Shown here one piece after another: positions 10,849 to 20,309 of a DNA stretch of 56,222 bases (its first letter is position 1; each line of letters starts with the position of its first letter). Both the position numbers and the translations under genes were made by a program. Origin of the DNA: Rubrobacter sp. (GTDB lineage Bacteria; Actinomycetota; Rubrobacteria; Rubrobacterales; Rubrobacteraceae); NCBI GenBank assembly GCA_035563475.1, contig DATMVF010000105.1:1-56222 (forward strand). The letters run 5' to 3'. The notes below the pieces were generated by a model that worked only from the letters and a program-made list of their open reading frames with translations, had not been told where the DNA came from and did not search any database.

Positions 10849-12075
10849 TTGGCGAGACCTCTGGTCATAAAGTTCGGGGGCACTTCGGTGGGAGGCGGAG
10901 CGCAGTTCGTCCGCGCCGCCAGTATAGCCACCGAGGCTGCCAGGAATAACTCCGTGGCCGTCGTCGTCTCCGCGATGGGCGGCACCACAGACACCCTGCT
11001 CGGCTACGCGAGGATGAGCTCGCCTTGGGTAAGGCAGACCAGAAAAGACGAGACACACGAGGCCCCCGTAGCGGAGCTTCGTCGGATGCTGGCAGAGCGG
11101 CACCTGCGCGCCGCCCGCGAGGCCGTGGCCGCCGAGCATCTTCCCGGGGTAGAAGGGCGAGTGGTCGACCTTCTCGGCGAGCTCGAAGTGGTCCTGGGGA
11201 CTCATTCCGGCAACGTGAAGGCGCGCCGGGATGAGATCGCCGTCTACGGAGAGCGCCTTTCAGCGGAGATCCTGGCGGGCGCGATCAGTAGCCAGGGTAT
11301 TCCTTCCGGGGTCGTCGGTGCCGACCCCATAGCGACAGACACACGCTTCGGGGAGGCCGAGGTGGACCCGGCTGCCACGCGCGAGCGTACGGTCCGCTAC
11401 GTCTCACCACTACTGGAGGGAGGCCTCGTCGCTGTCGTGCCAGGCTACGTGGGACGTTCGCCAGGCGGGTTGCCCACGACGCTTGGCAGGGGAGGTTCCG
11501 ACCTCTCGGCGACGGTCCTAGGGCGCGCGCTCGACTCCGGGGAGGTCTGGATCATGTCCGACGTGGACGGCGTGCTGGATGCGGACCCGCGTCTCGTCCC
11601 CGACGCCTCCCTGATGCCGCGCCTCTCTTACAGGGAGGCAGGCATCTTCGCCGGGCTCGGCGCGAAGGTGCTGCATCCCAGGACCATGGAGCCAGCCTCC
11701 GAGGCCGGCATCGAGGTCTTCGTCCGCAACACTTTCGCGCCGGAGGGCTCAGGCACGCACGTTACGGGCTTCGATCCCGGGGCCGGCGTCCGCTGCGTGG
11801 CGCTCAGGCAGAACGTGGCCATGGAGATCCCTTGTACGGACGGCCGCGAGGGAAGGGCCGCGATGGTCGTCTGCATCGGCTCGCCGGATGAAGAGGATCT
11901 TGCCCGCGGCCGGCGTTGCCTGCGCGAGGCGGGCATCCCCGTGCAGCACTTCGGCATCGCGGCCGCGGGGCTCGTGTTCCTCGTGTCCGCCGACGTGGGC
12001 CTCGAGGCGCTGCGCGCGCTGCACTCCTGCCTGATCCCACCCGCAGGAGACTTCGCCGGCGAAGAGGTAGCGTGA
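10849..12075 (+). CDS. ask: aspartate kinase
   Basis: KFGGTSVG, VVSAMGGTTD, GERLSA, TTLGRGGSDLSA, DVDGVLDADPR and GAKVLHP motifs; degenerate C-terminal regulatory region. Confidence 0.9.
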   Translation: MARPLVIKFGGTSVGGGAQFVRAASIATEAARNNSVAVVVSAMGGTTDTLLGYARMSSPWVRQTRKDETHEAPVAELRRMLAERHLRAAREAVAAEHLPGVEGRVVDLLGELEVVLGTHSGNVKARRDEIAVYGERLSAEILAGAISSQGIPSGVVGADPIATDTRFGEAEVDPAATRERTVRYVSPLLEGGLVAVVPGYVGRSPGGLPTTLGRGGSDLSATVLGRALDSGEVWIMSDVDGVLDADPRLVPDASLMPRLSYREAGIFAGLGAKVLHPRTMEPASEAGIEVFVRNTFAPEGSGTHVTGFDPGAGVRCVALRQNVAMEIPCTDGREGRAAMVVCIGSPDEEDLARGRRCLREAGIPVQHFGIAAAGLVFLVSADVGLEALRALHSCLIPPAGDFAGEEVA

Positions 12076-13136
12076 GACGGCTGGAGATAGTACAGCTCGG
12101 CCTGGGGCACGTCGGTCGGGCGGTCGCCCAGATCGTCCTGGAAGAGCGCAAACGCTGGCTGGAGCGCCACGGTATCGAGATGAGGTACCGCGCCGTCTCG
12201 GATACCTCGGGCGCGCTGGTCGGCGAGGAGTTGCTCCCGCAGGCGATACGCCTCAAGGAGGAAGGCGGCACCCTCGCCGAACTTGGCGTCGAGCCGCTGG
12301 AAGGCGTGCTCGGCTCCGAACCCGAACCAGGCTTCACCCGGGTGGTCGTAGACGTGGCCGTGCACGGGGGTACTTTCGACCTCGATGTGCTTGGCATAAG
12401 GGGCGGAGCCTTTCTCGTGCTCTCCAACAAAGGACCACTTTCGGGCAGCACGGCCCAGTACCGCCAGCTCATGCGCATGATCCCGGACCGTCTCTGGCAC
12501 GAGGCCACGGTCGGTGCCGGCATGCCCATCATCTCCACCATAGGCGGCCTGCAGGAGACGGGGGACGAGATACTGGAGATACAGGCGAGCCCGAGCGGCA
12601 CCCTCGGCTTCGTCATGAGCGCGGTCGAGGGTGGCCGATCCTTCTCCCAGGCGGTGAGGGAGGCAGTCGATCTCCACTACGCCGAACCGGACCCCCGCGA
12701 CGACCTCTCGGGGCTCGACGTGGCCCGCAAAGCCATCATCCTGGCACGCATGATGGGGAGGGAGATCGAACCACACGAGATCCCCTACGAGTCACTCGTC
12801 CCTCAAGGCCTGGAAGACGTCCCGCTGGCGGAATTCATGGAGCGTCTCCCTGAACACGACGAGTCTTTCGCCGCGCGCCTCCTCGCCGTCGAAGAACACC
12901 ACATGCTCCGCTACCTGGTCCGTATCACGAAGCATGGGCCCGTAACGGTCGGGCTGCAGGATACGCCCGTGGAGAGCCCCTTCGGACCCATAAGCGGCCC
13001 CGAGAACGTCTTCGATTTCCGCACGCGCCGCTACTCGGATGTTACCCTCACTGTGCGCGGACCGGGCGCGGGACCGCAACGCACGGCGAGCGGCGTGGTG
13101 TGGGATTTGCTGGACATCGCGCACAAGGCTTTGTAG
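12072..13136 (+). CDS. hom: homoserine dehydrogenase
   Basis: GTG start overlaps the ask TGA; GLGHVG, SNKGPL, EATVGAGMP, SGTL, AEPDPRDDLSGLDVARK and GPGAG motifs. Confidence 0.92.
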   Translation: MRRLEIVQLGLGHVGRAVAQIVLEERKRWLERHGIEMRYRAVSDTSGALVGEELLPQAIRLKEEGGTLAELGVEPLEGVLGSEPEPGFTRVVVDVAVHGGTFDLDVLGIRGGAFLVLSNKGPLSGSTAQYRQLMRMIPDRLWHEATVGAGMPIISTIGGLQETGDEILEIQASPSGTLGFVMSAVEGGRSFSQAVREAVDLHYAEPDPRDDLSGLDVARKAIILARMMGREIEPHEIPYESLVPQGLEDVPLAEFMERLPEHDESFAARLLAVEEHHMLRYLVRITKHGPVTVGLQDTPVESPFGPISGPENVFDFRTRRYSDVTLTVRGPGAGPQRTASGVVWDLLDIAHKAL

Positions 13137-13165
13137 GTGTCAGACTTCAGGTATAAGGTTTCAGG
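13137..13165. repeat. 7-nt tandem array, single arm, after the hom stop
   Basis: gtgtcag acttcag gtataag gtttcag g. Confidence 0.5.
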
Positions 13166-13186
13166 TAGTCTCTGGTGGAGGATCAT

Positions 13187-14149
13187 ATGGGTGATGGGTA
13201 TACGTTAGCGGTAGTCGGGGCCGGGCTCGTTGGGGACAGGCTGGTCGCCGAGCTCAGGCGCAGAGACTTCCCACTCAGAGAGGTGCGCATCCTGGCCAGG
13301 AGTGCCCGTACCGCGGTCCTCGCGGGGGAGACGTTCCAGGTCGGCGTGGCCGAGCCGGAGGCATTCGAAGGCGTGGACATTGCTTTCTTCGCCGGTACTG
13401 AAGGCGAGAAAGGGGCTGCTGTGCAGCTCGCCGATGAGGCCATCTCGCGCGGCGCCGTCGTCATCGACAATGGCAGCGACTTCAGGCTCGACCCGAGCGT
13501 GCCCCTCGTCGTCCCCGAGGTGAATGTGGGCGCGCTCGAAGGCCACCAAGGCCTCATCGCCAATGCCAACTGCTCCACCACCCAGATGGTCGTCACGCTC
13601 GCGCCGCTCGCGCGCGAGTTCGGCCTGGTGAAGGTCGTCGTCTCCACCTACCAGGCCGTCTCCGGCGCGGGACGCAACGGCGTCGAGGCGTTGGAGAACG
13701 GTAGGGAAGATGCGTTCCCAAGGCCCATAGTGGGGAACGCCATACCCCAGATCGGGGGCTTCGGCGACGATGGATACACGACCGAGGAGGCGAAGATGAG
13801 GGAGGAGACACGCAAGATCCTCTCTCTACCCGACCTTCCGGTCTTCGCTACCGCCGTCAGGATTCCGGTCCACACGGGCCACGCCGAGAGCGTCTACGTC
13901 GAGACCGAGCGGGAGGCGAATCTCCCCGCCGTGCTCGAAGCGCTGGGGACGGCGCCGGGCGTCGAGGTCACGGACGACTTCCCGACGCCCATCGAGGTCG
14001 CCGGAGAAGATGGGACTCACGTCGGGCGGGTGCGCGTGGAGGGGCGGGTGATTCAATACTGGTGCGTCGCAGACAACCTCCTCAAGGGTGCGGCGACGAA
14101 CGCGGTCCAGATCGCCGAGTCGCTCGTCGGCGTCCCCGCGCGGGCGTAG
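13187..14149 (+). CDS. asd: aspartate-semialdehyde dehydrogenase
   Basis: PLVVPEVN, NANCSTTQ, STYQAVSGAG, RIPVHTGH and DNLLKGAATNAVQIAE motifs; GGAGG SD. Confidence 0.95.
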   Translation: MGDGYTLAVVGAGLVGDRLVAELRRRDFPLREVRILARSARTAVLAGETFQVGVAEPEAFEGVDIAFFAGTEGEKGAAVQLADEAISRGAVVIDNGSDFRLDPSVPLVVPEVNVGALEGHQGLIANANCSTTQMVVTLAPLAREFGLVKVVVSTYQAVSGAGRNGVEALENGREDAFPRPIVGNAIPQIGGFGDDGYTTEEAKMREETRKILSLPDLPVFATAVRIPVHTGHAESVYVETEREANLPAVLEALGTAPGVEVTDDFPTPIEVAGEDGTHVGRVRVEGRVIQYWCVADNLLKGAATNAVQIAESLVGVPARA

Positions 14150-14244
14150 AGTCGAGGCGCGGGTCGGTCCTTGCCGCCCTGTACGGAGGACCTGCGACTC
14201 GGTAAACTGCGGTGTGGGAAGTTACCCGCGGTGAGGAGAGAGGC

Positions 14245-14520
14245 ATGGCACAAGGCGAGAAGAGATCCTTCTGGGACAGGCTGTTTGGCCGCAATCAGCC
14301 TTCCGCGCGTGAGGAGAGGGTGGTCGAGTACATCATCCACCGCCTGGGCGAAGGGGCGCACCTGGGCGACGTGGTAAAGGAGGAATACGTGCGGCGCAAC
14401 GCTTCACCCCTGGAGATAGAGGAGATCTGCGCCGATCCCAGGCTCGTCGAAGCCGCGCGCCAGCACCTGAGACAGGACTTCGACTCGGGGGAACTCGACC
14501 CCGGCAAGCGCCCCCGATAG
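14245..14520 (+). CDS. hypothetical protein
   Basis: GAGGAGAGAGG SD; amphipathic N-terminus SFWDRLFG. Confidence 0.7.
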   Translation: MAQGEKRSFWDRLFGRNQPSAREERVVEYIIHRLGEGAHLGDVVKEEYVRRNASPLEIEEICADPRLVEAARQHLRQDFDSGELDPGKRPR

Positions 14521-14555
14521 CCCCCTGGCGCACGAAACCTGAAATCTATCCAGCC

Positions 14556-14563
14556 TGTATAAT
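14556..14563 (+). promoter_or_regulatory. -10 promoter element (TGTATAAT)
   Basis: Consensus TATAAT about 33 nt upstream of the FmdB-family gene. Confidence 0.5.
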
Positions 14564-14595
14564 CTGGATCTGCGAGAACCTGAATTGGAGGCTGG

Positions 14596-14901
14596 ATGCC
14601 GATCTACGAATACAAGTGTGAGAACGGGCACGTCTTCGACGTGATGCAGAAGCTGTCCGAAGACCCCCTCTCGTCCTGCATCGAGTGCGGCGCCCCGGTC
14701 AGGAAAGTCCTCCATCCCGTCGGCATCTCGTTCAAGGGCTCGGGTTTCTACTCCACAGACTACAGCAAGAAGGGCCCTAAAGAGGCCGCGCAGAAAGACA
14801 CCTCCAAGTCCGCCAACGGGGACAGCGGGTCTAGCTCAGAAGAGAAGAAGGGCAAAGAGAAGCCGGCCGAGTCCTCCACCAGCTCAGGGAAAAAGGACTG
14901 A
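14596..14901 (+). CDS. FmdB-family zinc-ribbon protein
   Basis: MPIYEYKCENGH...CIECG...FKGSGFYSTDY with a low-complexity S/K tail. Confidence 0.9.
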   Translation: MPIYEYKCENGHVFDVMQKLSEDPLSSCIECGAPVRKVLHPVGISFKGSGFYSTDYSKKGPKEAAQKDTSKSANGDSGSSSEEKKGKEKPAESSTSSGKKD

Positions 14902-14905
14902 AACC

Positions 14906-15157
14906 ATGGCGCGCGGCGCCGACCTGCCCCAGAGCCGAGACCGCAGTGAAAGTATCCTCAGAAAGGCACTCCGCGCGGTGGTGCTCGGTGTCACCCTCCT
15001 CTTCGTCGTCTCAGCCCTCGCCGTCTCCTGCGCCCTCGTCGTCTACACAGCCTGGGACCACGATCTCAGCCACGGCATCTTCGCCCTCCTCTTCGCCGTC
15101 CTCAGCGCCCAGATAGCCATTAACTGGTTTCTGTGGAAGGACGACGAGGAGCAGTAG
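14906..15157 (+). CDS. small 2-TM membrane protein
   Basis: Two hydrophobic helices; 4 nt downstream of the previous stop. Confidence 0.65.
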   Translation: MARGADLPQSRDRSESILRKALRAVVLGVTLLFVVSALAVSCALVVYTAWDHDLSHGIFALLFAVLSAQIAINWFLWKDDEEQ

Positions 15158-15324
15158 GCTTCAGGCTACAGGCATCAGGCTACAGGCCTCGGTGGTATCA
15201 GCCGCTCTCTGAAGACCATCGAAGACCTCAGTAAATTCTGGCGTCGTCTCCGCCGATGCGCCTGCAAACGGCGGATACGTCACGATCCCCAGTCCTGAAA
15301 CCTGTAGCCTGATGCCTGAAACCT
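15156..15324. repeat. heptamer-array palindromic element
   Basis: Left aggcttc aggctac aggcatc aggctac agg; right cctgaaa cctgtag cctgatg cctgaaa cct (reverse-complement units); ~105-nt core; starts at a TAG stop. Confidence 0.8.
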
Positions 15325-15493
15325 TTCCCTGAAAAGTCCTGCAAAACATGCCTCAACTTGTGGTCGAGGTACCCTGGACAACTTGTAGGTCCTTGCCTTA
15401 TAGTAGCCGGCATCGGGTAACGACGGGGAGAACAGGCGACCGGCGGCGCTCTTTTTGGGGCGTCGCCGAAGCCCGGGAGGAGAGGGAGGAAGG

Positions 15494-18400
15494 TTGGCGG
15501 TTACGTCGGGCGACGCATTCGCGCATTTGCACTGTCACTCTGAGTATTCGATGCTGGATGGGGCGAGCCGTATCGGGGACCTCATCTCGTTTGCGAAGGA
15601 TCAGGGGATGCCGGGGCTCGCGCTCACCGACCACGGTGTGATGTACGGCGCGGTCAAGTTCTACAAGGAGGCCAGGGCGGCGGGGATAAAGCCCCTGGTG
15701 GGTTGCGAGGTCTACGTCACGGCCGACCGGAACGACCGGAGTCGCGCCCCTTACTACCACCTTACGCTGATCGCCAGGACCGCCGAGGGCTACAGGAACC
15801 TAATGAAGCTCTCGACGTGTGGGTTTCTGGAGGGCTTCTACTACAAGCCGCGGGTCGATATGGAGATGCTGAGGAAGTATGGGCGTGGGATCGTCTGCCT
15901 CTCGGGCTGTCTTTCGGCGGAGGTGCCTGCCAGAATACTCGAGGGGCGTCCCGACGAGGCGCGGAGTCTTCTGCTGGAGTATGCGGAGATCTTCGACGAT
16001 GTGTATCTGGAGCTGCAGGACCATGGCATCGAGCAGCAGCGGCGCGTAAATGAGGGTCTGTTCAAGCTCCACAAAGAGACCGGCATTCCGCTCGTTGCGG
16101 CCAACGATTCGCACTACACCACGCGCAACGACGCCAGGATGCACGACGTGCTGCTGTGCATCGGGACCGGCAAGTTCCACAACGACCCCAACAGGATGAA
16201 GTTCTCGGGCCAGGAGTTCTACGTCAAGACCGCAGAAGAGATGGCCAGGATCTTCCCCGACCATCCCGATGCGCTGGAGAACACGATCAGAGTCGTCGAG
16301 AGCGTCGAGGATGTGGGGATCGAGCTCGGCAAGACGCGCCTGCCGAACTTCCCCAAGCCCGAGGGCTATACCGCGGACCAGTACCTGAGGGAACAGTGTC
16401 AGAGGGGGCTGGTGAGGCGTTACGGTGGGCGTGCGAAGAGCCGTGAGGTGCTTGGCAGGCTCGAGTTCGAGCTGCAGACCATCGAGAAGATGGGCTTTGC
16501 GGACTACTTCCTGATCGTCTGGGACTTCGTCAAGTACGCGAAGGACAGGAAGATCGCGGTCGGGCCGGGGCGCGGGTCTGCGGCCGGCTCCATCGTCGCT
16601 TATGCGCTGGAGATTACGGACCTTGATCCCCTGGAGTACTCTCTGCTCTTCGAGCGCTTCTTGAACCCCGACCGCATCAACATGCCCGATGTGGACATAG
16701 ATTTTTCGGTCTCGGGGCGCTCGGAGGTGATGCGCTACGTCACGGACAAGTACGGCGGCCACGAGCACGTAGCCCAGATCATCACGTTCGGGACTATAGG
16801 CGCGAAGGCCGCCATCAGGGACTCCGGACGGATCTACCAGTATCCCTACTCGGACACGGACAAGCTCGCCAAGTTCATCCCCGACAAGCCGGTCGGGACC
16901 ACACTCCGCGACGTGTTGCGCCCCGAGAATGGCTCCTACGTCGCCGGGGACAAACACCCCGGTCCTGCGCGGGAGATCATGAAGTTCGTGGGGCAGGATG
17001 AGGCCGCCAAGCAGGTCCTCGACACCGCTTTCGAGATAGAGGGTTTCGCCCGCCACGCGGGGACCCACGCCGCAGGCGTCGTCATCTCGGAGGAGCCGCT
17101 CACCGACATAGTACCGCTGCAGCGCGTCGCCAGGGACGAGGGGGCCGTCATGGTCCAGCATCCCATGTCCGACGTGGAGGCGTTGGGATTGCTCAAGGTA
17201 GATTTCCTCGGCTTGAGGAACCTCGATGTGATCGAAGAGACCCTCGAGACGATTCGGCGGGGCGGCGGCGAGGAGCCCGACATACGTTCGATCCCCCTGG
17301 ACGACGAGAAGACTCTGAGGCTCTTCGCCAGGGGAGACACTTTCGGGGTCTTCCAGTTCGAGTCGAGCGGGATGCAGCGGATGCTCCAGGAAGTCAGGCC
17401 CGACCGCTTCGACGACCTCGTCGCGTTGAACGCGCTCTACCGGCCTGGCCCGATGGACTACATCCCCAACTTCAAGCGCGGCAAGCACGACCCTGAGAGC
17501 GTCGAATACCTCGACGAGCGACTAAAGCCGATCCTGGAGCCTACCTACGGCGTCGCCGCCTACCAGGAGCAGTTGATGGAGATCTCCAAGTCTCTGGGGG
17601 GATTTACTCCGGGCGAGGCGGACACGCTGCGAAAGGCCATAGGCAAGAAGAACGCCGCGATGCTCGCCACGCTCAGGGACAAGTTCATGGCCGGTTGCGC
17701 CGCGAGCGGCGTCTCTACGGACGGCGCCGGGGAGCTGTGGAACTGGATGGAGAAGGCCGGAGGATACTCTTTCAACAAGAGTCACAGCGCGTGCTACTCG
17801 TTCCTGGCCTTCCAGACTGCCTACCTCAAGGCCCACTATCCAGAGGCTTACATGGCGGCCCTCATGAGCAGCGTGATGAACACCAAAGACAGGGTGCCCC
17901 AGTACGTCGCCGAGGCCAGGGCGATGAAGATACAGGTCCTCCCGCCCGACGTAAATGAGAGCGGGCGTCGCTTTACGGTGGTCGGGGAGACCATCCGTTT
18001 CGGGCTCTCCGCCGTCAAGAACGTAGGTGACTCTTGCGTCGACTCGATCATCGCCGCCAGGGAGGATGGTCCTTTTCAGGACATCTTCGACTTCTGCGAG
18101 CGCGTCGACCCGAAGACCTACAACAAGCGGACTCTGGAATCCCTCATAAAGTGCGGCGCCTTCGACAACGTCGGGCCCTCGCGGGCAGCCATGGTCGCGG
18201 TCCACGCCAAGGCCGTCGAACGGTCCACCAGGGGCCTGAAAGGTGCGCACGAGGACCAGTTCTCGATGTTCGACGTGTCCGAGCTCGCGCCGCCGAGGCC
18301 AGAGTTTCCGGACGTCGAGGAAGACCAGCGCCAGAGCCTGGAGTGGGAGAAAGAGGCCCTCGGCCTCTACGTCTCGGATCACCCATTGCGTCCCGTTCTG

Positions 18401-18970
18401 CACAAGCTCAGAAAGCATACTGATACGACGGTGTCGGATCTCGAACTTTACAAGGATGGGGCCATCGTGTGGGTCGGAGGGCTGGCGACCTCGGTGCGGA
18501 CCAACACGACGCGCAAGGGTGACATGATGGCCATGCTGCAGCTCGACGACACGCGGGGCTTCGCCGAGGTCATGGTCTTCCCACGGGTCTACGCCAAATT
18601 CTCGGCGTGCGTGCGCGAGGACGCGGTCCTCAAGGTCAAGGGTAAGGTCGAGATGAAGGAAGGCATCCCTCGCATCGTGGCGCTGGAGATGGAGGAGCTT
18701 CACCTCGAGCCCGGTGCGGACCCCGTGTACCTCGACGCCGGCGCGTTCGTCGGCCACTCACAGAATGTGGCCAGAGTGGCGTTCGAACTCTTGCTGCGTC
18801 ATCCCGGGGAGAGTCCGATCTTTCTCGTCTCCGGCGAAGAGATGGTCGAAGAGAAGATCGGGAACATCACGGACTCCTCCGACCTGCACGCCGAACTCAA
18901 ACGACTCCTCGGACCCAGATGCCTCTCCTACACATCTCCCGCCGAGCTGCCGATGGAGCGGGTCTCTTGA
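15494..18970 (+). CDS. dnaE: DNA polymerase III alpha subunit
   Basis: PHP domain HLHCHSEYSMLDG; GRGSAAGS, PDVDIDF, GLLKVDFLGL and YSFNKSH motifs; OB fold; GGAGGAAGG SD before TTG 15494. Confidence 0.97.
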   Translation: MAVTSGDAFAHLHCHSEYSMLDGASRIGDLISFAKDQGMPGLALTDHGVMYGAVKFYKEARAAGIKPLVGCEVYVTADRNDRSRAPYYHLTLIARTAEGYRNLMKLSTCGFLEGFYYKPRVDMEMLRKYGRGIVCLSGCLSAEVPARILEGRPDEARSLLLEYAEIFDDVYLELQDHGIEQQRRVNEGLFKLHKETGIPLVAANDSHYTTRNDARMHDVLLCIGTGKFHNDPNRMKFSGQEFYVKTAEEMARIFPDHPDALENTIRVVESVEDVGIELGKTRLPNFPKPEGYTADQYLREQCQRGLVRRYGGRAKSREVLGRLEFELQTIEKMGFADYFLIVWDFVKYAKDRKIAVGPGRGSAAGSIVAYALEITDLDPLEYSLLFERFLNPDRINMPDVDIDFSVSGRSEVMRYVTDKYGGHEHVAQIITFGTIGAKAAIRDSGRIYQYPYSDTDKLAKFIPDKPVGTTLRDVLRPENGSYVAGDKHPGPAREIMKFVGQDEAAKQVLDTAFEIEGFARHAGTHAAGVVISEEPLTDIVPLQRVARDEGAVMVQHPMSDVEALGLLKVDFLGLRNLDVIEETLETIRRGGGEEPDIRSIPLDDEKTLRLFARGDTFGVFQFESSGMQRMLQEVRPDRFDDLVALNALYRPGPMDYIPNFKRGKHDPESVEYLDERLKPILEPTYGVAAYQEQLMEISKSLGGFTPGEADTLRKAIGKKNAAMLATLRDKFMAGCAASGVSTDGAGELWNWMEKAGGYSFNKSHSACYSFLAFQTAYLKAHYPEAYMAALMSSVMNTKDRVPQYVAEARAMKIQVLPPDVNESGRRFTVVGETIRFGLSAVKNVGDSCVDSIIAAREDGPFQDIFDFCERVDPKTYNKRTLESLIKCGAFDNVGPSRAAMVAVHAKAVERSTRGLKGAHEDQFSMFDVSELAPPRPEFPDVEEDQRQSLEWEKEALGLYVSDHPLRPVLHKLRKHTDTTVSDLELYKDGAIVWVGGLATSVRTNTTRKGDMMAMLQLDDTRGFAEVMVFPRVYAKFSACVREDAVLKVKGKVEMKEGIPRIVALEMEELHLEPGADPVYLDAGAFVGHSQNVARVAFELLLRHPGESPIFLVSGEEMVEEKIGNITDSSDLHAELKRLLGPRCLSYTSPAELPMERVS

Positions 18971-19008
18971 CCACGACCGTGGAAGCTCATACTGGTTAGA
19001 GAACGGAG

Positions 19009-19206
19009 GCCTCGTAGACTTCCGGGGTGGCAGAAGCGACCGATCCAAGGCCGACCGTCGAGGACGCGAGAGGTCGGGACGTAAACCTTACAGAATCCTG
19101 AACCTGCTCGTTCGTCCTATTGGTAGGCGTGTCCGGGAGAACAGGGGGTTGCGCTGAGACGCGGGGCGGGCGATGATGCAGGCTTCCCGGATCTAGAAGC
19201 GGAGGC
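19009..19206 (+). ncRNA. candidate structured RNA (6S-like ncRNA or cis-regulatory leader)
   Basis: 5' gcctc-g-taga-ct-tccggg pairs with 3' cccgga-tcta-gaagcg-gaggc; internal hairpins ccgacc/ggtcgg and ccta/tagg; TTGACC and CATACT upstream, but only 15 nt apart. Confidence 0.35.
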
Positions 19207-19208
19207 TC

Positions 19209-20303
19209 GTGAACGTGGCAGATAAGATAGTCTTTACGCGTGGCGTCCCACCGCCGGAGGCGTTCCCCACCGAAGAACTGGGGGCGTGCTTGGACGCGGC
19301 GGTAAGGGAGAATCCCGACGTCGTGTTGCAGTACGGCCAACAGCCCGGCTACGCGCCGCTGCGCGAGGAGCTTGCTGGCGAATATGGGGTCTCTCCACAG
19401 GAGATCCTGATCGGCAACGGTTCGTTGCAGTTGCAGGATCTCGTCTCCTCCTATCTCGTCGAGCCCGGTGCGGCAGTCTATACGGAGCAGCCCAGCTACG
19501 ACCGGGCGCTCAAGACCTTCAGACGTCGCGGGGCGCGCATCGTGGGGATCCCGCTGGAAGAGGACGGCATAAGCGTCGAACGGCTCGAGGCGGCCCTAGG
19601 ACGCGAGGTTCCTGCCTTCCTGTACCTCGTGCCCGACTTCCAGAACCCCGCGGGGGCGACACTCTCCCTGGAGAAGCGGCAGAGAGTCGTGGAGCTAGCA
19701 GACCGCTATGGTTTCTGGGTGATCGAAGACATCCCTTATCGCAAGCTGCGCTACGAGGGCGAGGACGTTCCGCTTCTGCGCGAGATCGACCCTTCGCACG
19801 TCATCACGATGAGCTCGTTCAGCAAGCTCCTCAGCCCCGGCATGAGGGTCGGGTTCATGATCTCGCCGGAGGACCTCATAAGGGAGGTGACGGCGCTCGG
19901 GGAGGATACATATCTCTCGCCGGTCCTTCCCACGCAGGCCGCCGTCGCCGAGTACCTGCGCCGTGGGCTCCTCGGTCCAAACGTAGAGCGGTTGAAAGAT
20001 CTGTACACACCCCGGTGGAAGGCGATGGCAGGGGCGGTACGCCGCGAGCTGCCCGGCGCCCAGGCGTTCATCCCCTCTGGTGGGTTCTTCGTGAGCGTGA
20101 TGCTACCTGAGGACGCGAACACCGAGAACCTTGTAGGGCGGGCAGGGGACATCGGGCTCGTGCTCACGCCGGGGGCGGCATTCTTCGCAGATGCGGAGGA
20201 AGGAGACGTGGCCGACGGCGGCAGGTTCGTGCGCCTGCCCTTCTGTGCCGTTACGCCAGATCAGATAGAAGAGGGAGTAAGGCGTCTAACGAGTTTACTC
20301 TGA
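19209..20303 (+). CDS. PLP-dependent class I aminotransferase (LysN/MocR-like catalytic domain)
   Basis: PDFQNPAG, EDIPY, SFSKLLSPGMRVG and RLPF motifs. Confidence 0.9.
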   Translation: MNVADKIVFTRGVPPPEAFPTEELGACLDAAVRENPDVVLQYGQQPGYAPLREELAGEYGVSPQEILIGNGSLQLQDLVSSYLVEPGAAVYTEQPSYDRALKTFRRRGARIVGIPLEEDGISVERLEAALGREVPAFLYLVPDFQNPAGATLSLEKRQRVVELADRYGFWVIEDIPYRKLRYEGEDVPLLREIDPSHVITMSSFSKLLSPGMRVGFMISPEDLIREVTALGEDTYLSPVLPTQAAVAEYLRRGLLGPNVERLKDLYTPRWKAMAGAVRRELPGAQAFIPSGGFFVSVMLPEDANTENLVGRAGDIGLVLTPGAAFFADAEEGDVADGGRFVRLPFCAVTPDQIEEGVRRLTSLL

Positions 20304-20309
20304 CGATGA

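Noticed and set aside
15800-17488. Long antisense ORFs (15800-17488, 9516-10994, 49273-50640, 34978-36231 and others)
   Set aside because: These are shadow frames of high-GC genes whose sense strand has clear family motifs.
15494-18970. Intein or split in dnaE
   Set aside because: Length (~1158 aa) is normal, the motifs are continuous and no intein splice motifs are visible.
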